A stretch of DNA of 64,000 bases, from the NCBI GenBank assembly GCA_026023565.1, contig JAPETS010000029.1, forward strand, positions 310,001-374,000. Direction: 5' to 3'. How positions within the stretch are numbered: the stretch's first letter is position 1; every line of letters begins with the position of its first letter. A program made the translations under genes and the position numbers. The notes beneath the pieces were generated by a model. That model made no database searches. It saw nothing but the letters and a program-made list of their open reading frames with translations, and was not told where the DNA came from. Shown one piece after another: positions 12,109-23,772 of the stretch. The DNA comes from Cirrosporium novae-zelandiae (Eukaryota).

Positions 12109-13710
12109 GACGATGACTTTTAATTTTTATTTGATAGGTGGAGTAGTGTTCGAATTCCTTGCAATATCTATACTTATGATATAAATGGGAGAAGCAAGGA
12201 GCTGGGTCGAATAGGTAGGTAACCTAATCTATAATGTCAATCATATAGGAGTTTGGTAATACCAGTTGAGATGAAAAGGATAGGCATGAAAAAAAAAGAA
12301 ATGAAGAGGAGACAATTAAAGCAGCTACTTTCTATAAGATGGAATTATATGTTGCAAGACCTCGAGTTACATTGTTATCCAAGCTACCCCCATCAAGTCG
12401 TCGTTACTTTTAGAATAGGATTAAAAATGAAGAGGAGATGCGAAATACTTGTTTGCTTATGGGGGTGGGGTAAAAGCCTGGGGATAAGCTATATCTTGGG
12501 TATTATCTCCGGTGTGTCAACTAGACCGACTGTCCCTTCTCGGACGACAAGTCGCCAGGCATCATCCTCATGGAGGAATCAATATAAATATAATTAACAC
12601 GAATGTATATGAGGGAGAAAATAAAGTCATTTCTTTCTACAATAAGCATTGGATTGATATCTCATCTCGTCTTGTCTCATTTAACCCAACAGTCTTCCAT
12701 TACAGCCAACGACACCCATTAGCATTTCTATAGATCTGCGCATATTCATCCTTTACTGTAGTCCCACCATTTCACCAACTCTGTAGGAACCCGACCCCCT
12801 CCAATTACTTGCCTAGTCATTCAAACGCAACGCCCTCGTCCCCTGGAAGTAACTTAATCCGATGGTAATCCCTTGGTTGTCTTCCCTAATCTCTTTTCTA
12901 TAATCACTCACTATGCTACATCCCCCCTGGATGTTAACATGAACACAAGCACAAACACAAACACAAAACACAGCCCCCACCTCTCAAATTTCCTTTGTCC
13001 GTTGTATCCCATATTTCTCTCGAACGTACTATGAGAAAAATGAGAAATGAGGGAAGGGAATACAAGGTACGCTACACCATCAAGCACACAAACAAAAATA
13101 AAAGAAAAGGCGAATCAACTATCATGCTAATTAAGGATATGAGTCTCGTGTATCGACATTGAAATACCCCTTGTACAGCTATCGAAATCACTCGTCAGCT
13201 GCTTCTCTGTATTATGTTAATGTTACGGGTTTCCGGGGCTTCCTGGCTGTTGAGTGATTGGTTTCTAAGCGTGGATGAATTGGTGAATGTTCCTCTGGGT
13301 ATGCTCTTCAGTACCTATTTATGTTACCGAAAATTTTCATACCATGCTAAAAAGGGCAAAATTCTGTTTGTAGATTGTTTGTGATACCTTGGTTTAGGAG
13401 TTTTGTTTTGTTGGCGTGTGAGGTTGTACAAGAGAGAGGGGAAGGAAAAGGGGAAAGGGAGTAGATATATGAAGGGGACTGTTGGAGGTTGCTTTATTTT
13501 CTATTTTCGTTGCTCTCTCTCTCTTTTTTAACACAATTCTGCTATGAGAGTTGATACAGTTTGCTTTTTTAGAAAAGGGAAAAGTTGTTGAGATTATTAT
13601 TTATTTTACGCTCCCTGATTGACAAAGAAAGCACACATTTGAAAAAAAGACGTTGTAACGCATTCATTACTATTCATCTCATCCAGGTTATTGGATCCCT
13701 TTTTAAAATC

Positions 13711-14565
13711 ATGCATCTTCTGACTCTGATATTCCTGGCTCTGGCCCCTGTCAATTTCGCTTCTCAATTCCGTCGCCATCATGCCAGGGACTCAATTTCG
13801 GAGACTGCGTCAGAAATGATAGGTTCTATCTCCTGTGCCGCCCAAGGTCTCCCTCCTTGTGGAGGTTTGTACACCTGCTGTGATGTTAATGACTACTGTC
13901 TGATGAGCTCAAATGGTATTCTTACTTGCTGCTCCTTGGATGAAACATGCGAAGGATCTGGAGATGTTATGATGGCGGACATATCCGAACCGTCGTTACC
14001 GGTTTTCGAAACAACGTTCATTGATCGATTGACCCTTGTAACAGCCGGAAGAACAACAGAGTTGGTATGGGTGATACCGTCAGGAGCTGGAGTGACGACC
14101 ATATACCCGCCCTCCACTTCATCGAGCCTACTATCAATTTCGACTATTTCTACCCCACCTCAAGTCCAGTGGAGTTTTCCCAGCGCTGGATACGAACCCA
14201 ATACTACATCGATGCCTCCATCCACTACGACGTCTACCTTGCCTTCATATACATCTCTACCCGCTCCTCCCTGTCCGGAAAGGGAGAGTATTCCGTATTC
14301 GACAGACCTCACATCGCAAATTCCGCAGCCTCAAGAGTTATCGGAGCTTGAATCCATTAACATGGTGACAACCTCAACAGTAACGGTGGTCTATGGAGCT
14401 GCCAGCGGTAGTGAGATTAGTACGACTAGTATCGAGACCGCTGAGAGTACCTCGAGTGTTAGCATGCCCATATTCACAGGTGGTGCTAGTGAGAAAATTG
14501 GGTTGCAAAAAGGGGAGTGGTGGGGAGTTGTTGAGGTGGCGGCCGTAGTGGGGTTGATGATGTAG
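13711..14565 (+). CDS. Secreted Cys-rich, Ser/Thr-rich, probably GPI-anchored cell-wall protein
   Basis: Signal peptide MHLLTLIFLALAPVNFAS, an 8-Cys domain (C..C..CC..C..CC..C), an S/T/P-rich stalk, FTGGA, then a hydrophobic C-terminal tail. Confidence 0.75.
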   Translation: MHLLTLIFLALAPVNFASQFRRHHARDSISETASEMIGSISCAAQGLPPCGGLYTCCDVNDYCLMSSNGILTCCSLDETCEGSGDVMMADISEPSLPVFETTFIDRLTLVTAGRTTELVWVIPSGAGVTTIYPPSTSSSLLSISTISTPPQVQWSFPSAGYEPNTTSMPPSTTTSTLPSYTSLPAPPCPERESIPYSTDLTSQIPQPQELSELESINMVTTSTVTVVYGAASGSEISTTSIETAESTSSVSMPIFTGGASEKIGLQKGEWWGVVEVAAVVGLMM

Positions 14566-15497
14566 AAAAGGCAAAAAGTGATTGTGAACTCTCTGAGGTT
14601 TACATTGAATTTGTCCCTGGGATAGCCGAAAAGGTATATAATAAGCACGATTTAAGCAAAATAAACGTTTGTAATTCTTTAATTCCGGAATCAGTATATG
14701 CTAGCTTGTGCGGACGGAACGTAGTACCAGCATAGTCGTCAGTTCCTGTTCAGCCTTGTATAGATCATTAGAATCGCTTAAGAGAGTTGGCACGAGTGTC
14801 TTACCAAGTAGCACGATGACTATCTGTTCAATGAAAATGGTCGCGCTCGCTATATCCTTTGTACTTGCGATATCGACTCCTCGGACAGTGAACTTAAAAG
14901 CCTCTGAAGTCTTAGTCAGGTGGCTTGTTCTTTTGCTAGCTTTCTCCTCGTACACGAGTTTATCCTTTTGAGATTTTATCACCCTATCTGCCGTATTCGA
15001 TAGCAGGAAGATAATATTCCTGAGTGCAAGTATAATTCTAGTAGAGGCTGACTGACTTGCAAAATAACTGTTTGGAATAGATAAAAGGCTCTTGGGAGGT
15101 CTTCATGCATTATCCGGATCCGTGTTTCTTCCATATAATTGTTCCTCGATACATATGCGGCTAGAGGATTCCAGGAGGACTTCAGTAACCCTCAAATCAA
15201 CCCAACTCTACTGATATTCTCTAAGAAGGCTCAAGAGGATTGTGATCGACTGATTGAGGAAGAACGCATCCTATAATTAGGCCATGACCGAACTGAGCTG
15301 ATTCTTGATAGGTCAATATATTTGGACGCGTTCAACAAATAATCCAACAAGGTCTCTAGGCTTATTTCAAAGACCTTTGCTTAATCATGTTTGAATAGCA
15401 GCAGCAGCCTGTGTTTTTTTGGACCAAAGATGTTCTCATAGCTCGATTAAATCTGTCGGTTCAGTTAATTTTATAGATGCAATCAGAGGTGTATTGA

Positions 15498-16261
15498 TCA
15501 CGTTGCCCCCCTCAATGCCATTGATCCGATGACCACCATCTCAATCTCTTTCCTTTCATGTTGTTCGGAGTCAACGCTCTTCAATTGGTTATTGGTTGTG
15601 GTGCTCCCCTTCTGTTTTTTTGGTGCAGGGCTATTAAGTTTATAAATCTTCTTTATCTTCGTGACATCTACTATATCAAATAGATTGGCGTCCGTAAACT
15701 CAATAGACATCCCCTTTATGGAGGTATTGAGATGGGTTTGAACACTTTCGAAAGTGGTTTTGGGAGAAGTGGCAAGTTTAATAACGAGTAGGTCACGAGT
15801 TTTGTCTGTTATTCCAAAACGTCGGAAGGACTCTGCGATCTGCAAGTAAACCAATGTCATTAGCTTTCATAATCACATCATAATATCTAAGCAAGGAAAA
15901 TAAAATCCTAGTATACATTATTGTTCATGCTAAATGAATATACAATTTCCGAATGAACATTCCTACTCTTCAGTCTCTTGTTCAAATAATCATTGGCAGC
16001 TCGATAGACTGCTGCTAGAGCATGATTTGTTGACAGCACCTAATTTCCATCAGTAATTGATCATAGTTTATTTTCTAGTCTAGGGCCTGAGGCATGACCT
16101 ACCATACTAGCATCAATGAGAGCGTACTCGAAATCGGTGTTGCCTGCAAGAAGTTGTTCTCGGAGAAAGGTCGCATTTTGAAGATCGCGGTACAAGGCAA
16201 CATAGATAGCAAAGGAAGATGGAAGATGGGGAAGATAAATAGTTTGAAGGGAAGCCATCAT
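15498..16261 (-). CDS. CGI121: KEOPS/EKC complex subunit Cgi121
   Basis: Three exons: [31 protein letters not shown] / [41 protein letters not shown] / [10 protein letters not shown]...KIKKIYKL...SMALRGA. Confidence 0.9.
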
Positions 16262-17001
16262 AATATATAAATTCTTGGATGAGAATCTAATCTTAGGAGA
16301 TTGTTCCAACTTACAACAGAATATTTGGAGGGGCTGCCGCGGGGTTTGATATTAGGGTATGAAGCTTAGGAACGGTATCCTAAAACGGAATGGTATGTTT
16401 GGTTTGTTTGTTCTGGACTACAGAAAATATGGAGACCTCGAAGCCAACTTCTCGAAATTCTTCTTTGCACAGAGTTACTCTATAACATCGCATACCACAA
16501 ATATTAGAAAGGGTGAGCTACCATTTCTTCTTCTATTAGTATTTCCCCTTGAATTTTGACATGATGAGACACTTTAACCCATATGCATTTAGGAAGAGCC
16601 GGAAAAGGTATGATGGTGTCATTAGGCACTATCGTCGCTGCTTAAAAGAGGTTTTCTGATCTTTATATATTTTTCATCACTTTGTTTTTTCAAATTATGA
16701 TTGTGACATGAACGCTAATTGATAGCGAACTAGGTCATTCCTCACGCCAAGAATGTTATCCCTCCATTCTTTCGCGAACAGCAGATTGAATAGTTCTTTT
16801 GCGATTGATTGAACGGCTCGAATAATACATATTGATCGGTGACTAGTAATGAAAACCTGTCTAAAAGGACTCCTACCAATTTCAATATATTGAGATACCA
16901 TCGTGTGTTGCGCAAGAGCACAATATCTCTAGTTCAGGTCATCACGTTCAGGAAATCCCATGTCCCTTTCGTACATACTGTCACTGTTATCATCATAAAT
17001 A

Positions 17002-17727
17002 ATGCCGACAATCTTCATCTCTGGAGCAGCTTCGGGGATTGGACTTGCCTTTGTCCAAGCTTACTCTACGGACACATCCAATATGATAATTGCTGTCGAC
17101 AAATCTCCTATTCCTTCCCAGTGCAGTGAAAGTAAGGTTAGGACATTTGCTGTGGATGTTGCATCTCAACATTCCATCAATTCCCTTGCTCTAGAACTCA
17201 AGGATATGCCAATAGATCTCTTAATTCATAGCGCTGGAATCCGTGGTCTAGTACCTTCAATCGTGGATGAAAGACCAAATGATGTTGCTGCTGCGGAGAC
17301 TTTGGAAGCCATGGATATAGACACCTTGATGAGAACATTCCAAACCAATGCTGCAGGTACTTTCATGATGATACGGGCGCTGCTGCCTAATCTGAGATTA
17401 TCCACTCTGGAAACTCCAAAGGTAGTTATAATGTCGTCGCGTATGGGTTCAATGTCCTACAATAAATCGGCTGGTGGCGCGTATGCCTACCGAGCGTCAA
17501 AATCAGCCCTCAATGCCATAGTGAGGAGCTTCAGTATCGATGTTCCCAATATCATTTTTACAATGATACATCCTGGGAGAGTAGAGAGTGGATTAACAAA
17601 ATGTAGAGAAGAAGGTGCCATCGAGGCGGATGAATCTGTAGATGATATGTTACCGCTCATCACTCATCTTGGGAAAGAGGCTTCTGGCAGGTTTTTCGAT
17701 CGTTTCGGCGGTGAGATTGGTTGGTAA
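17002..17727 (+). CDS. Short-chain dehydrogenase/reductase, CsgA/C-factor-like
   Basis: ISGAASGIG, SSRMGS, YRASK (YxxxK), HPGRV and GRFFDRFG..IGW. Confidence 0.9.
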   Translation: MPTIFISGAASGIGLAFVQAYSTDTSNMIIAVDKSPIPSQCSESKVRTFAVDVASQHSINSLALELKDMPIDLLIHSAGIRGLVPSIVDERPNDVAAAETLEAMDIDTLMRTFQTNAAGTFMMIRALLPNLRLSTLETPKVVIMSSRMGSMSYNKSAGGAYAYRASKSALNAIVRSFSIDVPNIIFTMIHPGRVESGLTKCREEGAIEADESVDDMLPLITHLGKEASGRFFDRFGGEIGW

Positions 17728-17769
17728 TGGAAACATTAACTTGGTCGACTATTAAGTTAATGTTGTACC

Positions 17770-18200
17770 ACCTTCAATATCCTGGCTATAACAGTTCGTC
17801 GGAAATGAAAGTTGCAGTCTTACGATACGCGCATCTACTTTCCAGTTCTCGGTCTTTTTATGTAGACCTAAGTCCATCTCAAATGATGCTACCACCTTGG
17901 AGCATATAGATTACCGAGGTATAATGTGAGTGCAAAATACGCGCGACTGTAGTTACCATAGTTCTTCCAATAGATCTATTGTGCTTCGGGAATAGTATGC
18001 AGTGCCATTGATACAACTCAACAACTCACCGCCCAATAAAAATAATAGAGATCCTTCCCATTTCCTTCCCGCGTGTACCGACAATTTGGTTTTGCTATGA
18101 GAATCTACGGTTGCTGTGGAGTTGCTTAGGATAGGCAAGGGGATTACCTCTGTTCTTGTCTGAGTGCCCAGGCTACTTAATGCTCTTGCCAGTTCTACAA
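17770..18200 (-). pseudogene. Possible eroded GMC oxidoreductase fragment
   Basis: HAGRK..GG..SCINGTAYYSRSTIDLLEEL(frameshift)GN, then LHKKTENW and LQLSFP, echoing the GMC order GxxLGGSSxINGxxYxR...WExLGN...YFKKSEN...LQVSFP. Stops and frameshifts are present. Confidence 0.35.
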
Positions 18201-18359
18201 CCCTTTTTTTTTTATGACTTACAGAGACGAGAAAGCTATCACTGTTTATGATATCGACAGCAACAAGAGGAGACTTAAAAAACAGGGAAATATATCTATG
18301 CAGAATTATCACATCTCATAGTTTAAGGTTGCTAGATATATCAGATACGGAAGAGCAAG

Positions 18360-19424
18360 ATGCACAGCATAAAGCAAATAGCAGTACGACAAGGACTATG
18401 GTCCCCTTCAAGACAGAATCTCCTCTACTGTGATTATAAGGTATGTTATGCCTTTTCAAATCAGTTCAACTCATCTAAATTTCGAATTCCATTCCAGACA
18501 TTGAAGTACCAAGCCCAAAAACAATACTTCACCACCAAGATACCTACTTTACTGTCCTTCAAACCCACAAAAACCGCATTCTCAAAGCAAACCCCTACGG
18601 CACATTCCCGAGATACTAGTGAAATGTTGAAAATGAATCAGATACTGTCCCGCGAATCCAGGGCCAAGTCGGCAGAGTCAAAAAAGTATTCAGCGCTGTT
18701 TGTTCATACCACCATAACAATAACCGTCCTTCTGGGATTGACGGCGTATCATTTTTGGGATCGAGTAAAAGAACTAGAAGAGACCGAAAAGCAATTTAAA
18801 GAGTTTGAGGGGCTACATTCTACTGTACTTCAGCTCAAGAGTAGTGGTATGAATCTCCCCATCATGGCGTCCAATAACAGCTCACTGGCGGGAATGTTGT
18901 CAAAGGCATACGATGATCTAAGCGAGGCGCTAAAGAAAGTGGAAAGATTGGAGAGAGAGGCAGTCAGGTCGCAGAACATCACGGTTGACAATATCGAGGA
19001 GGCCAGCACAAATAAGGAAAAGTATGTCGATTGGCTTGAGCGGCTACAGGAGGTTATGGATAAATACGATGGGGTGTGTGAATATGAAGAGAAGGTATTG
19101 ATGGAGGAAGGGGCGGTGCGCCTAGCAGACTTCAAGGAACTCATAGAGGAGATGAAGCAGCATAGTATGGTGTTTGAAAATGAGGGAACGGCGTTGGAGA
19201 CGGTGACACAAGTGGAGCAGACGCATATCAGAAATAATCAGTCCTTGAGAAAATGCTTTAGTGATATGTCCATAGGGATTGGACGGATAAGGAAGGAGAG
19301 TGAGAACCTTTCGGCGTATCATGCTCAGCAAGTGGAGACGTACAGGGAAATGTTGGAGGAACAAAAGGGAGAACTGTCGAGGGGAATGCCCACTATAAAA
19401 GTAGAGAAAGTAAACTTTGAGTAA
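18360..19424 (+). CDS. Hypothetical protein with one transmembrane helix and a coiled-coil C-terminal region
   Basis: 354-aa uninterrupted ORF with a basic S/T-rich N-terminus, a TM segment (LFVHTTITITVLLGLTAYHFW) and an E/K-rich heptad-like tail. Start codon uncertain. Confidence 0.6.
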   Translation: MHSIKQIAVRQGLWSPSRQNLLYCDYKVCYAFSNQFNSSKFRIPFQTLKYQAQKQYFTTKIPTLLSFKPTKTAFSKQTPTAHSRDTSEMLKMNQILSRESRAKSAESKKYSALFVHTTITITVLLGLTAYHFWDRVKELEETEKQFKEFEGLHSTVLQLKSSGMNLPIMASNNSSLAGMLSKAYDDLSEALKKVERLEREAVRSQNITVDNIEEASTNKEKYVDWLERLQEVMDKYDGVCEYEEKVLMEEGAVRLADFKELIEEMKQHSMVFENEGTALETVTQVEQTHIRNNQSLRKCFSDMSIGIGRIRKESENLSAYHAQQVETYREMLEEQKGELSRGMPTIKVEKVNFE

Positions 19425-20425
19425 CTAGAGTAATGTTTGGTTACAAGGTCGTGGCTTGTGCATTCATTCATGTATCCATCTTGCAAAGAAGTGATCACTA
19501 GCCGAGGATTACACAGAGCAGTGTCCAAAATAGCAAACGCAGCAACAAGAGAAAAGAAAACCGGGACAGTCAAGGCAAAAGAATATATTGAAGAGGCGGC
19601 CAACTCCCTTTTATAGAGACAGTTGTTAGAAATGAAGATACCTCTTTCAACGCAGTAAAACTATACCAATAGTCACACACACCAAAGAAGAGAATCATCC
19701 TCGGGTGTTGTAATAAAACGCAAAGTTACTATATTCGGTTGCCGGTTCGGTCAAAGCTTTGGTTCATCGATACCGTTGCCGGAAGGTTGTCGGTATTCAC
19801 TGCTAAAATACCTACTCAGTAGAAACATCTTCGGCCTCCTTTTTATTATGATAGAAGATAACAGTATCCGGAAAAAGAGCGAACCATCTTGTTTAGGTAC
19901 ATGTACTTTGTTCTTATATATCACTACTACCTATAAGCTGTTTAAATAGGTACCTTATACATCATACAAATATGATGCTAGACTTGTGCTTTCATACCTA
20001 ATTTTCGCGCGTCGTTCTCAACAGAGACAATCATACCGAAGAGCAAATTTATTATAGAACTGCTATGCTGTTGCCTTTCCTGTTAATTGTAGTTACCATA
20101 TTATAATTAATTTTGAGTATAGAACGTTTTTGCGGAATATATAATTAGTATTTCTTCTACAGATCTATATATTTTTTACATCACACTTTTAACCCCCAAT
20201 ACGTGAAGATCCGAGTTTGTGAGTCTTGATTATTTTGAGACCAGCGTGGTAGGTAGCCAAACACTGGACTATATATCGGCCCTTTCGGTTTAAAGATTAA
20301 CGGTAGGTTAGGACTTTATAAGCCTCGTATTGAGCCAAACATCTACTCATATTTTTAACTTCGACTCAATTAAATCTCTACTCCTCAAACTCGAACCTGC
20401 AAGCAAAATTTTCTACAGCCTAGCC

Positions 20426-21821
20426 ATGTCAACAGTATCGGAAAATCCACGACAACTAAAGTCATAGTAGCCCCAGGATCATTTGGTTAGAATAATCGAA
20501 TGAAAGACTTATCCTTAGAGCTTCTTCACATGATGTGTGAGTACCTCGATGCCAATGATCTTAAATCGTTTCGCCTGTTGAGCAAGCGGCTTTCTCCAAA
20601 TGCAAATCGCGCTCTATTCAAGTCGGTTCGACTCCGACCTACCAAAGTTTCTCTGGAAGCCCTATGTGAGAAAGCGGTATCACTCGATTATCCTTGGAAT
20701 GAACTCGTGATCGACCGGAATTGGCTCTTCAATGCGCCACCTAGCGCAAGCAATACGGTCAGGCAAGCATTTTATGGGTGGTTTCCAGCATCTATGGTTG
20801 ATCAGCCAAATAACTTGACAGCAATGCCATGGCTCACAGAACAATTTGACTTCATCAACGATGTTAAAAGTTTAGACTTAGCACGATCACTTGTGAAGAG
20901 CTGGGGGAAACTCAAACATCTCCGTATCACCAATACAGTTCAAAAAGGGGACTAAATTATCTCCGGAACCTCGTCTTCCTTGGTCCAGATTAAGGGAAGG
21001 TATTAAATTTTTTGAACAAGATGTTTACTGATCATAAGTGTATTAGTATCACAACCGACGAAAAGGCTGCATTCGATGGTCTTGTTTTCAACTTCGACAA
21101 CTACACCCAACTGAGGGATGCGAGTATGGAACTACTGTTCCATACCACCAACCTCCTAAACCCGTCAAGCCTTCTACGTCAGACTCAAGACCTGTTTAGC
21201 CACTGCAATACCCTTGGTTTGACCCTTGTGGGAATGGACAGTTTCGACTCTGAAGGGAGAAAAAAACCTCTTTCATGGAAATTCCCTGGCATTCTCAAAG
21301 TTTCTTCGCCCACTCTACGATCCCTTTCTCTGCGATTTCACCACAATGCAATTGGCGGATATACACTCCTAGATAAAGCCATTCTTGTTGATACTTACTT
21401 TCCTAAGCTTGAATACTTTTTTATTAGTCAAGTGGTTGTGTCTCCAAGGGCACTCAACCAATTTATCTTCCGACATCGCAACGTATTGCAACATATCGAA
21501 CTTGATGGGATTATTCTGAGGCTCTTTACCGATCCTGATATTGTGTCTTGGGCTCACATGATATCGGAACTGCGATACTTGGTCGGGGTAGAGTTCTTGG
21601 GCAATACAGAAATGAACATCTAGGGAGCTTATGACTGGGGTTCCAGGTATAGAGGTATTGACACAGATGAAATTCCAAATTAGTGTGAGGTTTGGTATGA
21701 GAATATGGAGACCAACTGGGTTGAACTTCGGAATTTCTTTCATGGAGGTGTGAACTCGTTCATGATGATTAAGACTCTTCAAGATCCTGTCCTTTCGTTG
21801 GGGTCAGACTTTCTTGGATGA
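20426..21821 (+). pseudogene. F-box domain gene, apparently disrupted
   Basis: F-box MKDLSLELLHMMCEYLDANDLKSFRLLSKRL and LRR-like FPKLEYFFIS..LNQFIFRHRNVLQHIELDGI. The frame break at ~20955-21012 is not resolved by an obvious intron. In-frame TAGs at 20488, 21621 and 21681. Confidence 0.55.
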
Positions 21822-22272
21822 GGTAAGACGAAGAGCGTATTTGGGCGACGGTTTTTTAATGGGCCTGAAGTAAGGGATTTAAAGATAGTCGTGGAATTGG
21901 AATTTAGATTGCGCATGCCTAAATTATAGATCAAGTCTATTGTCTCACCGTCGGTGCTAATTCAGCCATTCAATACTTTGAAAATGAGACCTGGGTGTGG
22001 TCATTCAAGAGTCTGTCGGGCAGGGATGCCAAATTCTATTAGATGATTCTACAATAGAAATTCTATACTGTCCTAGTTGGCCATTTTTGACGTTAGCTGT
22101 CTATTCATCTTAGGTCAGCTGGAGCACAAACAATATATAGCTTTTAATTTCCATATTCAAGCTTGATATCTGACCATCCTAGCCATTGGATATTTCTTTC
22201 AAGCGTAACATGTAAGATCTTGGCATTAAACCTTTAATAAATCCCATGTGCACTGTGAAGGAAATCCATGGG

Positions 22273-23409
22273 TTACCATCCATATTTGCTCCCAGCTTCC
22301 TTTTTATTTCTCCTCCCACTTGCAAACTGTTCCTCTAATGCTTCCCTCTGCGTGCTAGCAGCACTGACCAATTGCTTCAGACTATGTTTGCCGGGAGCAA
22401 TGGCCCTAACAGGGTTGTGTTGAACTTGTTCGCCAGTTGCCCGCAAGGCCTCGTTAGCTTTATACTCTTCATCCGTGTTAAAGTTTATGACATTGATTGC
22501 CGAGGAAGCACTATTACGCTGCCGACCGAACAGCTGACGTTTTGCAGCAGCTGAGAGATTCAGGTCGCTAGCTATAGTGTCGAGGGTCTGGGGTCTAGAA
22601 CTAATAGAAGCGGCCGTGGGTTGGGTATCTGAAGGATATGGCTCCGTGACTGAAGTAGTTGAGTCAAGATCTGGCGGTTCATGAGAATTCGTATAGACCA
22701 TTGGTTGATATTGCGCGGATGGGGAGGGCCTTAAATCTTCAGACTGTTCGTCTGGATTCAAGGAAAACAGTGAGACCTTAGGTTTTCGCTTTGGGTCCTG
22801 ATGTCTAGGTTCTTCTTTTGTTCCAGAAGCAAGTTGCGTTGTTGGCAATGATGATATCATCTTCTTTTTCTTATTTGTACTTCTTGCAACAGATAAAGGT
22901 TTGAATATAGTCGTTTTCCCAACCAGTTTCACCTCTGGCTCAGGTTTTGGAGTAGATATTGTAGGATCTTGCGTATCCGCATTCTCTTCCTTCTGCTCTA
23001 GACCACCTTGGCTCTCTGGGGTTCCCCTACTAAACGCTGGAGCTGCTCCAGTGCGCAGGTTCACTCCAACACCCAGCCCTCTCTTTGTACCAAGCGTACC
23101 CGAAGAAGTCGACTGGGCTTGTGCTGTCCGTTTTGGTGTGGGTAGTAGCGTATTAAATCCTGAGAAGGCTCCTGGGCCCTTTCTTGCACGCTTGGCAGGC
23201 GGGCCATCTGTTTCCTCTGGTTTATTCTCGTCGGTTATTTTCGGGAGCGATACTTGAATTTTATGGGGATTTGAGCGCGAAACAACTTTCTTAAAATCGG
23301 AGGAGGTTGAAGATTTGGGAGCTGTTTGGGCGGAGGTAGTCGTCGTAGTCACGGGTTTTGAGTCTTCAATGTCAGATGATTCTGAGTCTGAGTAGTCGAC
23401 TAAAGCCAT
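22273..23409 (-). CDS. PRCC family protein (MAD2B-interacting mitotic checkpoint regulator family)
   Basis: N-terminal MALVDYSDSE and C-terminal GKHSLKQLV...LEEQFASGRRNKKEAGSKYGW signature. Single exon. Confidence 0.85.
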   Translation of the reverse strand: MALVDYSDSESSDIEDSKPVTTTTTSAQTAPKSSTSSDFKKVVSRSNPHKIQVSLPKITDENKPEETDGPPAKRARKGPGAFSGFNTLLPTPKRTAQAQSTSSGTLGTKRGLGVGVNLRTGAAPAFSRGTPESQGGLEQKEENADTQDPTISTPKPEPEVKLVGKTTIFKPLSVARSTNKKKKMISSLPTTQLASGTKEEPRHQDPKRKPKVSLFSLNPDEQSEDLRPSPSAQYQPMVYTNSHEPPDLDSTTSVTEPYPSDTQPTAASISSRPQTLDTIASDLNLSAAAKRQLFGRQRNSASSAINVINFNTDEEYKANEALRATGEQVQHNPVRAIAPGKHSLKQLVSAASTQREALEEQFASGRRNKKEAGSKYGW

Positions 23410-23772
23410 ACTTTTAGCTTGAAGAAAGATATACACGATAAAATAGATCTTTATACTTTGGAAGAAGGGTTGAACTCATCAGCTTTACAGTGATATCAGG
23501 TTGGTGCTGAAGGCTGGTCCATTTAAGCGCAATGACTTTTCCGTATCACCGACTTGTTCGGTATTAGCTCTTGCCGACCTTCCTTCCACTGTCTTTAACC
23601 CCTCCAATTACACAGCACATTTGATATACTTTACTACTTTATTATACAAACAGAACACGGTCAGAAAATGTCATATTTTCATATTAGTCTCATCGTTTAA
23701 GTCTACGTGATGAAAATATTGAGCCCACGTTCATTTGGCAATTTAGGCTGAGCCCCGCCAAATGTTGCTGTC

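Noticed and set aside
13585..13710. N-terminal extension of the wall-protein ORF in the track
   Set aside because: Non-ATG start. The signal peptide begins at ATG 13711.
14701..15480. Short ORFs on both strands between the wall protein and CGI121
   Set aside because: No recognisable motif or coherent splice model. It may be a relic, but I cannot support that.
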